Source of the DNA: an uncultured Gemmatimonadaceae bacterium | Lineage (GTDB): Bacteria > Gemmatimonadota > Gemmatimonadetes > Gemmatimonadales > GWC2-71-9 | Assembly: GCA_964580055.1 (NCBI GenBank) | Contig: CAZOJI010000006.1 | Location: 6,409-70,408 of the forward strand | Length of the DNA stretch: 64,000 nt | Direction: 5' to 3' | Part shown: piece by piece, positions 29,920-39,142 of the stretch | How the letters are laid out: every line of letters starts with the position of its first letter | Position numbering within the stretch: position 1 is the first letter of the stretch | Translations under genes and position numbers: made by a program | Notes under the pieces: model-generated | What the model was told of the DNA's origin: nothing | Seen by the model: the letters and a program-made list of their open reading frames with translations, nothing else | The model's database searches: none

Positions 29920-30759
29920 TCAGCTTCCAGTCGCCATCCGAATGGCATTGGCTGTAATGCTCGCCTGGTATTCGACCAACTCCCTGCCGAGCGCAATTGT
30001 GCGCTCGGCGGGAGAGAGGTCAACGCCGTTGATCGAAAACAGCCCCTTTTCGATCCTCTGTTCCATTCGCACGGTGGCAGGGTCCACAACCATCATTATC
30101 GCCGAGTGGCGTACGTCATCGTGCAGGCCTTCATCCACCTGATGAATGCTGCGCAGCTCCAGCCAACGTTTCCACAGGGGGTTGTCATAGTACTCGGGGA
30201 TATAGTGTATCGAGGTACCGCCGCTCGCCCACTCGACTGACAATTGTTCGGCTACGATCCGCATACCCTCTTGGTTGCCTCCGCTGTCTCCGATCAAGAT
30301 GATATGCGAGAACCCGTGTGTGCGCAGGCTGCGGGCGATGTCTATCAGCAGTGACTGAAACGTCTCATCCGTCACGCTAATGGTTCCCGGGTAGCGCATG
30401 TGCCCGGTAGGCGGATTGAAATCCCCTTCCGGGACAAATGGAACGATAGGTGCCACCAAAGCGTCACCCAGAATTCTGGCAATCCTGTCCGTGGTCGCTC
30501 TGAGAATGTAGTTGTGCTTGCCGAGCGCCAGATAGGGGCCGTTTTGTTCGATTCCACCGGTGGGAATAATGGCGGTAGTCTTACCCTCGCGGATGGCGTC
30601 GCGGACCTCGAGCCACGTCATCTCTTCCAGGAACACGGTGTCGAGAGCGTCGATGACGCGGGGAGTCTCGTGGTCCGGATCAGTAGCTTGTGCCGAAACG
30701 ATCTGTGCTGGCGCGAGGCCAATGGTGAACAAGAGTGCTGCCTTCCTGACCCAATCCAT
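29920..30759 (-). CDS. creatininase (creatinine amidohydrolase) family protein with signal peptide
   Basis: IIPTGGIEQNGPYLALGKHN and ILIGDSGGN segments are typical of the family. N-terminal MDWVRKAALLFTIGLAPAQIVSAQA. Confidence 0.85.
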   Translation of the reverse strand: MDWVRKAALLFTIGLAPAQIVSAQATDPDHETPRVIDALDTVFLEEMTWLEVRDAIREGKTTAIIPTGGIEQNGPYLALGKHNYILRATTDRIARILGDALVAPIVPFVPEGDFNPPTGHMRYPGTISVTDETFQSLLIDIARSLRTHGFSHIILIGDSGGNQEGMRIVAEQLSVEWASGGTSIHYIPEYYDNPLWKRWLELRSIHQVDEGLHDDVRHSAIMMVVDPATVRMEQRIEKGLFSINGVDLSPAERTIALGRELVEYQASITANAIRMATGS

Positions 30760-31009
30760 GCCGGTCCCTCCAAGGCGGCTGCGGAAACGCAGATACTCAG
30801 ATCAAAGAGAAAGGTGAAGGCTATACGATTCCTTGGCTAGCCCTCGCTGGATGGATCGACATGGCCAATGGTGGCGGGGCGAGAAGCACCGAAACTCAGG
30901 AGCTAGACGATCAATGCGAAACACGCTGTTACAAATAGGTGTGTCATGGCAAATACTGTGCTATGTTACTTACTGAAATCGAAAAGGGACTGCTGCTACG
31001 AGGGTGGCC

Positions 31010-31576
31010 ATGCCACGCAAACGAGAGCCCAAGTCGGCTGCGCGGGCGCGAGGTAGGCTCGAACGCGACAAGGCCGGCAACACATTCATCGACTTTCCGT
31101 GCAACAGCGGAGAGGCGGGGATTCGCGTGTCTTTTCTGCGCAACTGGTATTCGCCTCCTCACACCGAAACCGGAGAAGTGGACTTCGAGACGGCCGCTCG
31201 GGAACTGGGACGCGAACTGACCGGCGGGACACTCGTGATTCGCAACTTCCTGGACAACGGCGAATTGAGCTATGCCGCTGAAATCCCGGTAGATTCCAAG
31301 GATGACCTGGAGCGCGTGTTACGCACTATCCGTAAGGTATTCAAGGAAGGACTCCAGCACGACAATGCGATCAGGCAGGCGGCCCTAGAGCAATGCAAAG
31401 CTAAGGTAGCGTCGAAACAATCAGACATACCGCTTCGCCTGGAACGCCGTAGAGAATCAGAGCGCCGCCGGGGCGACAGAAGAACTCGACGGAGCTCGAG
31501 CCCGAAGTCGATGTGGAGGCCGGACCGCCGTATCCTGGGCGACCGGCGTGTCAGGCAGGAGCGCAGGCTCGCGTAG
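31010..31576 (+). CDS. hypothetical protein with (D/E)RR-repeat Arg-rich C-terminal tail
   Basis: 188-aa ORF, GAGGGTGG RBS-like sequence before the ATG at 31010. Tail RLERRRESERRRGDRRTRR...PDRRILGDRRVRQERRLA. No family recognised. Confidence 0.55.
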   Translation: MPRKREPKSAARARGRLERDKAGNTFIDFPCNSGEAGIRVSFLRNWYSPPHTETGEVDFETAARELGRELTGGTLVIRNFLDNGELSYAAEIPVDSKDDLERVLRTIRKVFKEGLQHDNAIRQAALEQCKAKVASKQSDIPLRLERRRESERRRGDRRTRRSSSPKSMWRPDRRILGDRRVRQERRLA

Positions 31577-31591
31577 CAGAAATCTCAATCC

Positions 31592-32683
31592 TCAAAACTC
31601 CTCGATCCGCGAGTCCTGACGTATAGCGTCGGTTGCTCCGAGATAGTCTATTTGGAGCTTGATCCGTCGGATCGCCTCACTATCATTGGAAGTACCACGC
31701 ACCGCCGCTATCGTAGCGATTACTTCGAGGTTGCTGGGATCACGGCCCGCAACGGAAACATAAGTGTTTCTAATGATCTGGAGTCGGCTGGGCGTAGCGA
31801 GTTCCAGTAGCTCTCCCACCGTGTCTATGCCACGACTGAATAGTAGCGTGAGGATATTGTTTATGTCACGTTGGTTGCAGTTGAGGCCGACCTCCGACAG
31901 CACTGACGGCAGTATCTCGACATTGAGTTCGTCCGTGGTACTGTACTGTCTATCGTCGTGGAAAGTGTTCAGTTCGTCGTAGAGTAGATTGAAGTTCTCA
32001 TCGACGACGCGAAGCAAACCACTCAAAATTCTCAATTGCGCCTTCGCCATTGAGTTTGTCCGTTTCGTGGGCTTGTACCCAAGATGGTGCTCCAGTGTGC
32101 TCCAGAGGTCTTGTGCGGCCGTCCTCACTTGGAGCTCAAACATCGGGCGTTTGTCCTCGGGCACCAGACTCTTCTTCAATCGCACGACGTAGTGTACGGA
32201 TCGGTAGCCGCTCTCCTTCTGTTCCTGGTCGAGGTGGTCGAGGCTCAGAATCTTGGCTTCCTGAACACCCATATACGCGACCGGCCTCTCGACATCCGAG
32301 ATCTCAATCATTTCCGAGCCCCGGAGCTCTCGGTCGATCAAGGGCACGTGTCGCAAGAAGTAGACTATCACGCGCAAGCCGATTGTGTCGTACATCTGCT
32401 CGAAGCTCTCAGGTCTCAAGCCCGCAGGAAACTGTTCCGGCTTGCCGAGAATCTTGTCGACGACCTGCTCGGGACGTTTGATACGCGAGAACGCGGCTCG
32501 GATGGGAGTTGGCACCGGCACCCCCTTGCCTCTAGCGTATTTCGCCCAATATGTCGGCTCTTGCCAGGTTTCTATCAATTGATTGATGTCCTCCTGCGTC
32601 GGGCGCAACACGTCCTTCACATACTGCTCGTAAGCCGACAAGAACGCTGCAAGTCGTTTTGCGTCGGGTTTGGCCCTAGGCAT
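31592..32683 (-). CDS. RelA/SpoT-domain (synthetase-only) protein with uncharacterised C-terminal extension
   Basis: RSH nucleotidyltransferase signature: RIKRPEQVVDKI, DTIGLRVIVYF, ESGYRSVHYVVRL, FELQVRTAAQDLWSTLEHHLGYK. No HD, TGS or ACT region. 363 aa. Confidence 0.85.
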   Translation of the reverse strand: MPRAKPDAKRLAAFLSAYEQYVKDVLRPTQEDINQLIETWQEPTYWAKYARGKGVPVPTPIRAAFSRIKRPEQVVDKILGKPEQFPAGLRPESFEQMYDTIGLRVIVYFLRHVPLIDRELRGSEMIEISDVERPVAYMGVQEAKILSLDHLDQEQKESGYRSVHYVVRLKKSLVPEDKRPMFELQVRTAAQDLWSTLEHHLGYKPTKRTNSMAKAQLRILSGLLRVVDENFNLLYDELNTFHDDRQYSTTDELNVEILPSVLSEVGLNCNQRDINNILTLLFSRGIDTVGELLELATPSRLQIIRNTYVSVAGRDPSNLEVIATIAAVRGTSNDSEAIRRIKLQIDYLGATDAIRQDSRIEEF

Positions 32684-32719
32684 CCGTACACCAACCTCGA
32701 ATCTCGGTAGGCACTGTCA

Positions 32720-34474
32720 TCAATACCTCCAACTGACCGTGTCCGCACCGGGCGGCGCAGTGCTGACTATTCGTTCCAGCATCTCTGGGAGGACCCGCTG
32801 GTAAACCGTCTGTCCGGGATACTCCGGCGTGCCGGTGAAACAGTGCGGCTGACGCTCCCCCCACTCGACGGAACCGTCGTAGTATGGATCGGTGGTGTTC
32901 TCGAGAAACTCCTCCAGCAATCTCGTGGCCTCATCGAGGAAATAGGTGTCCATCGTCCCCATGGTGATGTGGATCTTACCCACGAGCTTGGGCCCCAGTG
33001 TGGCCCAATCCCGCTCCATAATGTGCCGCAAGTCGTAATTCTCGCGCCAGTAATCAACGACCCCCTTGTCGATCTCGCCCGTCCATTTGTCGTATAGGAG
33101 CCGAGGATATCCATCGTCTCCCACTGGCCCGTACACTCCCATGAAGATGTCCATCTGGTCGCCTGACCGTCCTCGAGTGCCCAATACCGCCTCGAGGTGG
33201 CTGGCGTCGAACTGGTTCATATATACTTGGTCGTCCACACCACGCTGCCAAGGACGCACCGGGGTCGTCTTGAACTCACCGTTTGGGAAGAAGGCGTTGT
33301 CGTCCTCGTAGATGTTGACCAGTTGGAAATAACGGAAATCGACTGGGTCCGGACAGAAGGTCCAGGTACCGTTGAACATATCGGGATAAAACACCTGCCA
33401 GGCCAGGGATTCCCAACCGCCGGTGGACCCGCCGGCCAACGTCCGGGCCCAAGGCTCTCCGATTCCACGGAATTCGCTTTCCACTCGCGGCATCAACTCT
33501 CGAGTGAGGGCGTCCCCGTACGGCCCGTTGTTGGCAGAGTTTACCGCATAGGAATCGTCGTAGTACGGCGTCGGATGCTGCATCAGCACTATCAGAAACC
33601 TGCCCAGGCTCCCGCTCACCCAATCCTGGAAGAAACGGTATCGGCTTTCTGCATATTCCCGTGCTCGACCGGTCAGACCAGGGTCAGGAGGCGTCTCCTG
33701 GAATCCTCCAAACGTTCTTGGGAAATGACCGTGCCAATAGACTGTGGGATAGCGCGCATCCGGGTGTTCCTCAAACCCCTCTGGGAGCACGACCACGGCG
33801 CCGAGATGCATATCGTGCCCCCACCACTCGCTCACTATATCGCTCCTGAACTTTATGTGCTTGATGTATTTCGTGTCTTCAGGAGGTTCGATTGGTGGTA
33901 TTGTCTGCGTCAAATGGATGCGGATCGGTTCCGCGGAGTTCGCATCCACGCTCACACGCTGCACTTCACTCAACAGGTTTCCAGGAGACCGATTCCACTG
34001 CTGCCCCTCCCATTGGTCCATGTGGGCCTTGATCGTATGACCGTCGGCGCGGTGGAAGGTGGTGTAGACATTCAGGACTGCCTGTACGTAGTAATCGCCC
34101 GGCGGCAGGTCGGAGGTGCTCTCCAGCGGCCACCCGTGCGTATTCCCGTCAATCACCGCTGCCTGGCCCGGTGCGAGACCTTCAACGTTCACCCCGAACA
34201 AAGCCGGAGCTTCGGGACTCCGCAGCCGTTGGAACCGGGGCTCGCGCGAGTTGTCATCTGAGACGATGAGTAGCACCCGGCCGTCCACCGCCTCAGAACG
34301 CACACCGGCATCCAAGACCACCTCGAAACGGATTTCGGATTGGACCGAGGATGCCGGCACCCAAGCGGCTGCCGCCGTGACACCTAACAACAGAACCAAG
34401 GCGCAGGCAGCGAGGCCTGCGAGCGGGAGGGGTAAGAGAACCCTGCGGTTCCCGACTGCTTCCACGCGTTTCAT
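32720..34474 (-). CDS. exported esterase-like alpha/beta hydrolase (putative esterase family) with N-terminal extra domain
   Basis: GxSxG-type nucleophile elbow GGSTGGWESLAWQVFYPDMF. Signal/anchor LLPLPLAGLAACALVLLLGVTAAAA. ATG at 34474 has a GGAGA RBS. Confidence 0.75.
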   Translation of the reverse strand: MKRVEAVGNRRVLLPLPLAGLAACALVLLLGVTAAAAWVPASSVQSEIRFEVVLDAGVRSEAVDGRVLLIVSDDNSREPRFQRLRSPEAPALFGVNVEGLAPGQAAVIDGNTHGWPLESTSDLPPGDYYVQAVLNVYTTFHRADGHTIKAHMDQWEGQQWNRSPGNLLSEVQRVSVDANSAEPIRIHLTQTIPPIEPPEDTKYIKHIKFRSDIVSEWWGHDMHLGAVVVLPEGFEEHPDARYPTVYWHGHFPRTFGGFQETPPDPGLTGRAREYAESRYRFFQDWVSGSLGRFLIVLMQHPTPYYDDSYAVNSANNGPYGDALTRELMPRVESEFRGIGEPWARTLAGGSTGGWESLAWQVFYPDMFNGTWTFCPDPVDFRYFQLVNIYEDDNAFFPNGEFKTTPVRPWQRGVDDQVYMNQFDASHLEAVLGTRGRSGDQMDIFMGVYGPVGDDGYPRLLYDKWTGEIDKGVVDYWRENYDLRHIMERDWATLGPKLVGKIHITMGTMDTYFLDEATRLLEEFLENTTDPYYDGSVEWGERQPHCFTGTPEYPGQTVYQRVLPEMLERIVSTAPPGADTVSWRY

Positions 34475-34554
34475 GGCTGTCTCCAGTCTCATGAGAGTCC
34501 GCCCTCAATTGTGCCGAAACACCCGCTCAGGGTCCGTATGAGACGGTGCCTACC

Positions 34555-35616
34555 TCAAGACCTGAGTATCTGGCCGCGATACGGGAACAGAGCGGGCGTT
34601 CCTCCACTGTGCAAGAACACGATGTTATCGCCGTCTTCGAAACAACCCTTGCGCATCAGGTCGAGCATTCCTGCCATGGCCTTGCCCGTGTACACCGGAT
34701 CTAACAGTATGCCCTCTGATTCGGCCAGAAGATGAAGAGCTGCGTCAACCTCATCGTTGTAGATGCCATACCCTTCCTTCAGGTAGTCCTCGTAAACGAT
34801 GATGTCTTCGTCTCTTACTTCCATTGAGCTGTCGAGCTGCCTAAAGACGGACCCGGAAATCGAACGAACATACTCCAGCATCTTGTGTGCTGAAGCATAT
34901 ACTGTTACTCCAATGATACGGGTGGTTGGCGAGAGGAGCCTCGCCCCAACCAGAAGCCCCGCCTGAGTGCTTCCGGATCCGGTGGCAAGCACGACAGAAT
35001 CGATGCGCACTCCATCCGACTCCGCCTGCTCGAGGAGTTCTGCAAACGCATTCACGTAAGCGATTGCACCCCAGGGACGCCCCATCGAGCCTTCCACCAA
35101 CGATCCGCCGATGGGCATCAAATAAGGCACTTCGCCTGCTTGCTTCGACTCTTCAACGACCGGTTCCACGTACTGCCGAACGCTCGATAGTTCCATCATG
35201 TTGGTTATGGAGCCTGCGTCCACCATTCGTACTTCGGCCTCGAACAGACGGTCCAGTAAGAGATTGCCGTCGTCATTCACGGGAGAACTCGCCTTCTTGA
35301 ACAAGATGAGCTTGGATCTCATGCCTATCCGTGCGGCTGCGGCGGCTACTTGGCGGCACCAGTTCGACTGAACCCCTCCCCAGGTTACCAAAGTGTCGGC
35401 TCCCTGATTCAGAGCGTCAGCAACTATGTAGTCGAGCTTTCGGGCTTTGTTCCCTCCGAACGCGAGCCCCGTCATGTCATCACGCTTCATCAAGACATCG
35501 AAACGCTCGAGTTCTTCTGAGAGATTCTCCAGCTTCTCGAGAGGCGTCGGCAAATGCGACAGCTTTACGCTGTGGAACTTCTTGAGGCGCTCCACGATTG
35601 CGTTTGTGCCTTTCAT
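34555..35616 (-). CDS. PLP-dependent ACC deaminase / D-cysteine desulfhydrase family protein
   Basis: FGGNKARKLDYIVADAL (PLP lysine motif) and GGSLVEG, TGSGSTQAG segments are typical of the family. Confidence 0.85.
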   Translation of the reverse strand: MKGTNAIVERLKKFHSVKLSHLPTPLEKLENLSEELERFDVLMKRDDMTGLAFGGNKARKLDYIVADALNQGADTLVTWGGVQSNWCRQVAAAAARIGMRSKLILFKKASSPVNDDGNLLLDRLFEAEVRMVDAGSITNMMELSSVRQYVEPVVEESKQAGEVPYLMPIGGSLVEGSMGRPWGAIAYVNAFAELLEQAESDGVRIDSVVLATGSGSTQAGLLVGARLLSPTTRIIGVTVYASAHKMLEYVRSISGSVFRQLDSSMEVRDEDIIVYEDYLKEGYGIYNDEVDAALHLLAESEGILLDPVYTGKAMAGMLDLMRKGCFEDGDNIVFLHSGGTPALFPYRGQILRS

Positions 35617-35637
35617 GGGATTCCTGTCCGTAAGTTG

Positions 35638-35666
35638 GAATTCAGAGCTGGAAATCGGCTGAATTC
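35638..35666. promoter_or_regulatory. perfect 8-bp inverted repeat GAATTCAG-N13-CTGAATTC upstream of the ACC-deaminase-like gene
   Basis: Read directly. Lies 22-50 bp upstream of the ATG at 35616, in a divergent spacer. Confidence 0.35.
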
Positions 35667-35827
35667 AAAGGTACGGCGTGTTCGGAGAGCCTGCCAGTGT
35701 ATTTGAGATAGCGTGCGGATGGATGTATCTTCGCCACCGAGCAGTTCGTGTCAGGGCTTGCGCAACCTGGAACGGAGATGCGGTCGCGCAGGATAGGCCC
35801 CGAAACCACTAGCGAGAGGATAGCAAA

Positions 35828-36805
35828 GTGAAGCTCAGCTGTTTCAGCAGCAAAGTGATCGCATCATGCGTTCTTGCCACCACCGTTGGCTTGGGATGTT
35901 CTCGAGCAGATGGGAACGGAAAAATGGACCCATACGAGAGTTTCGGAATCACAGCGAACAACGCCTTCTTCTACTACGACGATCTCGAGGCAGCGACGGA
36001 TTTCTACACTGTGAAGTTGGGCTTGCGTGTCGCTGCTGACTACGGGTTCGCGAAGATATTGCAGGTTGCACCCACGTCATACTTGACACTGGTCGATGGC
36101 GATCAGGGCATGCACACGCCGGACGAGCCGAAGACAGTCGCGATAGCGTTAATCACGGACCAACTCGATGAGTGGTACGAATATCTCTCGGAGCAGGGCG
36201 TCGAGATGAGACACGAATTCGAACCGGTCGAGGGACGTCCACACGACGGCTTCGTCGCCTACGACCCGGAAGGCTACTATCTGGAATTCGAGCGTTTCAA
36301 CCCGCATCCCGAAAACGAGCGTTTCCTGCCACTTCTGGACCGGACCGAGACGCTGTACCCGGATCCAGAACAGGAAACGACGGTTCCTCCGGGCCTCGGT
36401 TTCAAGGCCACGATTCTCTGGATGTACTACCGTGACACCGGCGCTATTCGAGACTTCCTCGAGAACGAGCTAGGTCTGGAACAGGTAGTGGACCAGGGGT
36501 GGGCTTGGATCTACGGTACATCTCCATCCGGCTACATCGGGCCGGTCGACGAGTCCCGTGGCATGCACTCATATACCGAGCAAAAGGCCGTCACTGTCTC
36601 CTTCATCACGGACGATTTGGACGGCTGGCACTCGTACGTGAGTGAAACCGGAGCATTCGAGCTGCGTGACACTGAAGTTCACGTCGACAGTGCCGGCAGG
36701 TACCGCGCGTTCGTCGGGTACGACCCTGAGGGCTACTACCTGGAGTTCGACGATTTCCTTCAGCATGAGCTCAATACCAGACTCTTGGAGAGCCTGGGCA
36801 GATAG
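35828..36805 (+). CDS. two-domain VOC (glyoxalase/bleomycin-resistance/dioxygenase) family lipoprotein
   Basis: Internal duplication marked by AYDPEGYYLEFERF and GYDPEGYYLEFDDF. Lipobox TVGLGCSR. GTG start. Confidence 0.8.
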   Translation: MKLSCFSSKVIASCVLATTVGLGCSRADGNGKMDPYESFGITANNAFFYYDDLEAATDFYTVKLGLRVAADYGFAKILQVAPTSYLTLVDGDQGMHTPDEPKTVAIALITDQLDEWYEYLSEQGVEMRHEFEPVEGRPHDGFVAYDPEGYYLEFERFNPHPENERFLPLLDRTETLYPDPEQETTVPPGLGFKATILWMYYRDTGAIRDFLENELGLEQVVDQGWAWIYGTSPSGYIGPVDESRGMHSYTEQKAVTVSFITDDLDGWHSYVSETGAFELRDTEVHVDSAGRYRAFVGYDPEGYYLEFDDFLQHELNTRLLESLGR

Positions 36806-36863
36806 CCGGCCGGTGCGCGCACTAATCCGCTCGCTCCGAGACTAGGAGGACGTCACTCTATCG

Positions 36864-36897
36864 GAGCGCGCCGGGCGAGCCCTCGCGCGGCGCGCTC
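36864..36897. terminator. GC-rich 10-bp perfect hairpin (with inner stem) between convergent genes
   Basis: GAGCGCGCCG-14 nt-CGGCGCGCTC lies between stops at 36805 (+) and 36924 (-). No U tract. Confidence 0.5.
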
Positions 36898-36923
36898 GAG
36901 CACCCCAGCAAACCCCCATGGCA

Positions 36924-39083
36924 TCATCGATTCTCTTGGCTCTCCCAGTCAATCCGCTCGATCACGGTCCCTTCCAGTATCGCGTCGACGACGTCCATAC
37001 CTTCCACTACCTGGCCAATTATCGTGTAGTTGTGATCGAGTCGCGGATTGTCCATGAGATTCACGAAAATCTGACCGTCGCCTGTGTCGCGGCCGCGCGT
37101 GGAGATGCCAACGGTACCCCGCAGATGTGATCTGGTTGTCAGTTCATCACGGGTGAAAGCACCGTCGCCAACATATTCGTTTGCCGCGGGACTACCGCCT
37201 TGAATCACGAAGTTGCGGGACACGCGATGGAAAGTGAGCCCATCGTAATACCCGTCGCGCGCCAAACGAGAAAAGCGCGCCACGTTGGCAGGTGCCTCGA
37301 ACGGGAACAACTTCAACTCGATTCTCGCTCCACCTCGCATCACCAAAACCGCAATTTCATCCGTGAGCCTCGCGAGCTCGCCGAACCCGGGAAGAGGCAG
37401 GCGGCTGAGCCGCCTCGGTGCGATTGAATACGCCCTACCTGTCCAGGCGCGCAAGATACCGGCCACATCCTCTGCAATTACCGGATCGAAGTCTCTGAGG
37501 TACGGAATCAGGGCCACGGCCTGGTTCCGGCCACCCAGAGCGCCTATTCGCCGAATCAAAGCGCGACGCACATCACGCGATGTTTCCCGTCGCTCAGCCG
37601 AGATTCTCTCCAGTGCGTCGAACAAAGCCGGCAGTGCCCGAGCAGGATTAGGAGTGTCCGCCAGAGCCCTGGCCGCGGTCATGACGAGTTGGTAGTCGCT
37701 ACGTGAGAGTTGCTCCAGGTAGAACGGGTCGGCGTCGTGCTCCTGAATTGCATACAGCTCCCGAACTGCGGCTTCACGCACGTTGTCGTGCTCGTCGCGT
37801 GCCAGCATCTCGAGGCACTCGACCGAGTCAAGAGCGGCCGCAGCCCGGGCAGCATACATTCGCAGCCACCAGGTTTGGTGCGCCGCAAAACCGCGGATAT
37901 GTGGTGCCGCTTGTCCCGGCGCCACTTCCGCCAGTGCCACGATTGCGTGAGCCGGCTGGTGCCAGGAATCGGGGTACATGTGAGAGCCACCAACCGGTGC
38001 GACTGGATCGAACTCCTCCACCATACTCCTGAGACGGTCGACGGGCGTGAGATCCGTCCCGCATCCGTCACCGAGCAGGTCAATAGCCGTGAGGGCGACA
38101 TCCGGATCAGGATCATCGAGTGCGGCAACCAACGCGCCGCACCCGGAGGTGCGTTGCGCATGACGCCCATAGGCCCGAATCGCGGCAAGGCGAACCTTGC
38201 CGTCATCGTCGCTCAATGCACGAGTGATGACGTTCATACGCCCGTCGAGCCCCTCGACAGTTCCTGCCGCCTCGACTGCCAGTCGCCTGACTTGCACGTC
38301 CCTGTCGACTAAAACGGTCATGAGGAATCCGGCATCCATGCGGCCGCTTCCGGCCAACGCCTCCATCGCCAACCTTCGGACTTGCAAAGCGGTGACGTCG
38401 CGCGCTCCATACGGCGACCTGTAACGCGCGAGTTCCCGCAGACGCTCAATAGCACGTTCCGACGGCGGCGAGTCCTCAACCTGCCGCCGCACCAATGACG
38501 CGAGGCCGCGTGCGGCTCCCACCAATACAGCGGGGGCGGTATCCGCCAAAGCGCCAACCAATGCGGCGTCTACAAGTCGCACATTGGCGCTCGCTTGGTA
38601 TGGCAATCGTCCCAGGGTTTGAGCGATCACTCCCCGTACGTAGGCGTCGGGCTCGTCGCCAAGACGGTCGAGCAGCGGCCGCAGAACCAGTTCGCCGCCG
38701 CCCTGACAAACCGCCTGTCCCAGCGCGTTCGCCGCTTCGGCGCGGACCGCCGCAATCGTATCCTGCAGAATGGGAAGGATCTCCGAAACGAGTGCGGGCC
38801 GCTCCAACCTACCGAGCGCACGGACAGCCACGATCCGCAATTCTGCTATCGGCGAGGACAAACCCGCCACGACAGGTGCCAAATCGTCCGGATTCACGAC
38901 TCGTGCGTCTTCCGCTTCGAGTATCTCGGCCCACTGGAGACTGTCGAGGTTCTGCCATTGGAATACCGGTTCGATGACGGGAGCGGGAGCATCCTCCGAG
39001 GAAGAGCAACTCAACGCCAGAATTGCCAGCGCTGCGGAAAACGCCTTTCCCAGCCTTCCCACATGATAGATCCTAGCAGTCAA
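36924..39083 (-). CDS. HEAT-repeat lipoprotein fused to a C-terminal cyclophilin-type PPIase domain
   Basis: About 500 aa of HEAT-like repeats (..D.D..VR..A..ALG.. repeated many times), then FHRVSRNFVIQGG and RGTVGISTRGRDTGDGQIFVNL cyclophilin motifs. Lipobox LALSCSS. TTG start. Confidence 0.85.
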   Translation of the reverse strand: MTARIYHVGRLGKAFSAALAILALSCSSSEDAPAPVIEPVFQWQNLDSLQWAEILEAEDARVVNPDDLAPVVAGLSSPIAELRIVAVRALGRLERPALVSEILPILQDTIAAVRAEAANALGQAVCQGGGELVLRPLLDRLGDEPDAYVRGVIAQTLGRLPYQASANVRLVDAALVGALADTAPAVLVGAARGLASLVRRQVEDSPPSERAIERLRELARYRSPYGARDVTALQVRRLAMEALAGSGRMDAGFLMTVLVDRDVQVRRLAVEAAGTVEGLDGRMNVITRALSDDDGKVRLAAIRAYGRHAQRTSGCGALVAALDDPDPDVALTAIDLLGDGCGTDLTPVDRLRSMVEEFDPVAPVGGSHMYPDSWHQPAHAIVALAEVAPGQAAPHIRGFAAHQTWWLRMYAARAAAALDSVECLEMLARDEHDNVREAAVRELYAIQEHDADPFYLEQLSRSDYQLVMTAARALADTPNPARALPALFDALERISAERRETSRDVRRALIRRIGALGGRNQAVALIPYLRDFDPVIAEDVAGILRAWTGRAYSIAPRRLSRLPLPGFGELARLTDEIAVLVMRGGARIELKLFPFEAPANVARFSRLARDGYYDGLTFHRVSRNFVIQGGSPAANEYVGDGAFTRDELTTRSHLRGTVGISTRGRDTGDGQIFVNLMDNPRLDHNYTIIGQVVEGMDVVDAILEGTVIERIDWESQENR

Positions 39084-39142
39084 TTTCTCACTCCACGAGT
39101 TTCAGGGTTGAGGATCGCCGCCGCACCATGCAGCATATCAGC

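Noticed and set aside
30935-30975. Sigma-70-like promoter TTACAA-N17-AATACT upstream of 31010-31576
   Set aside because: Only 3/6 and 4/6 matches to consensus, and the promoter consensus for this lineage is unknown. Not reported as a feature.
31010-32683. Classical bicistronic type II toxin-antitoxin operon (Arg-rich protein as antitoxin of the RSH)
   Set aside because: The two genes are convergent (stops 15 bp apart), not co-transcribed, so a canonical TA operon is not supported. Only the fused/autoinhibited or stand-alone hypotheses are kept in the findings.
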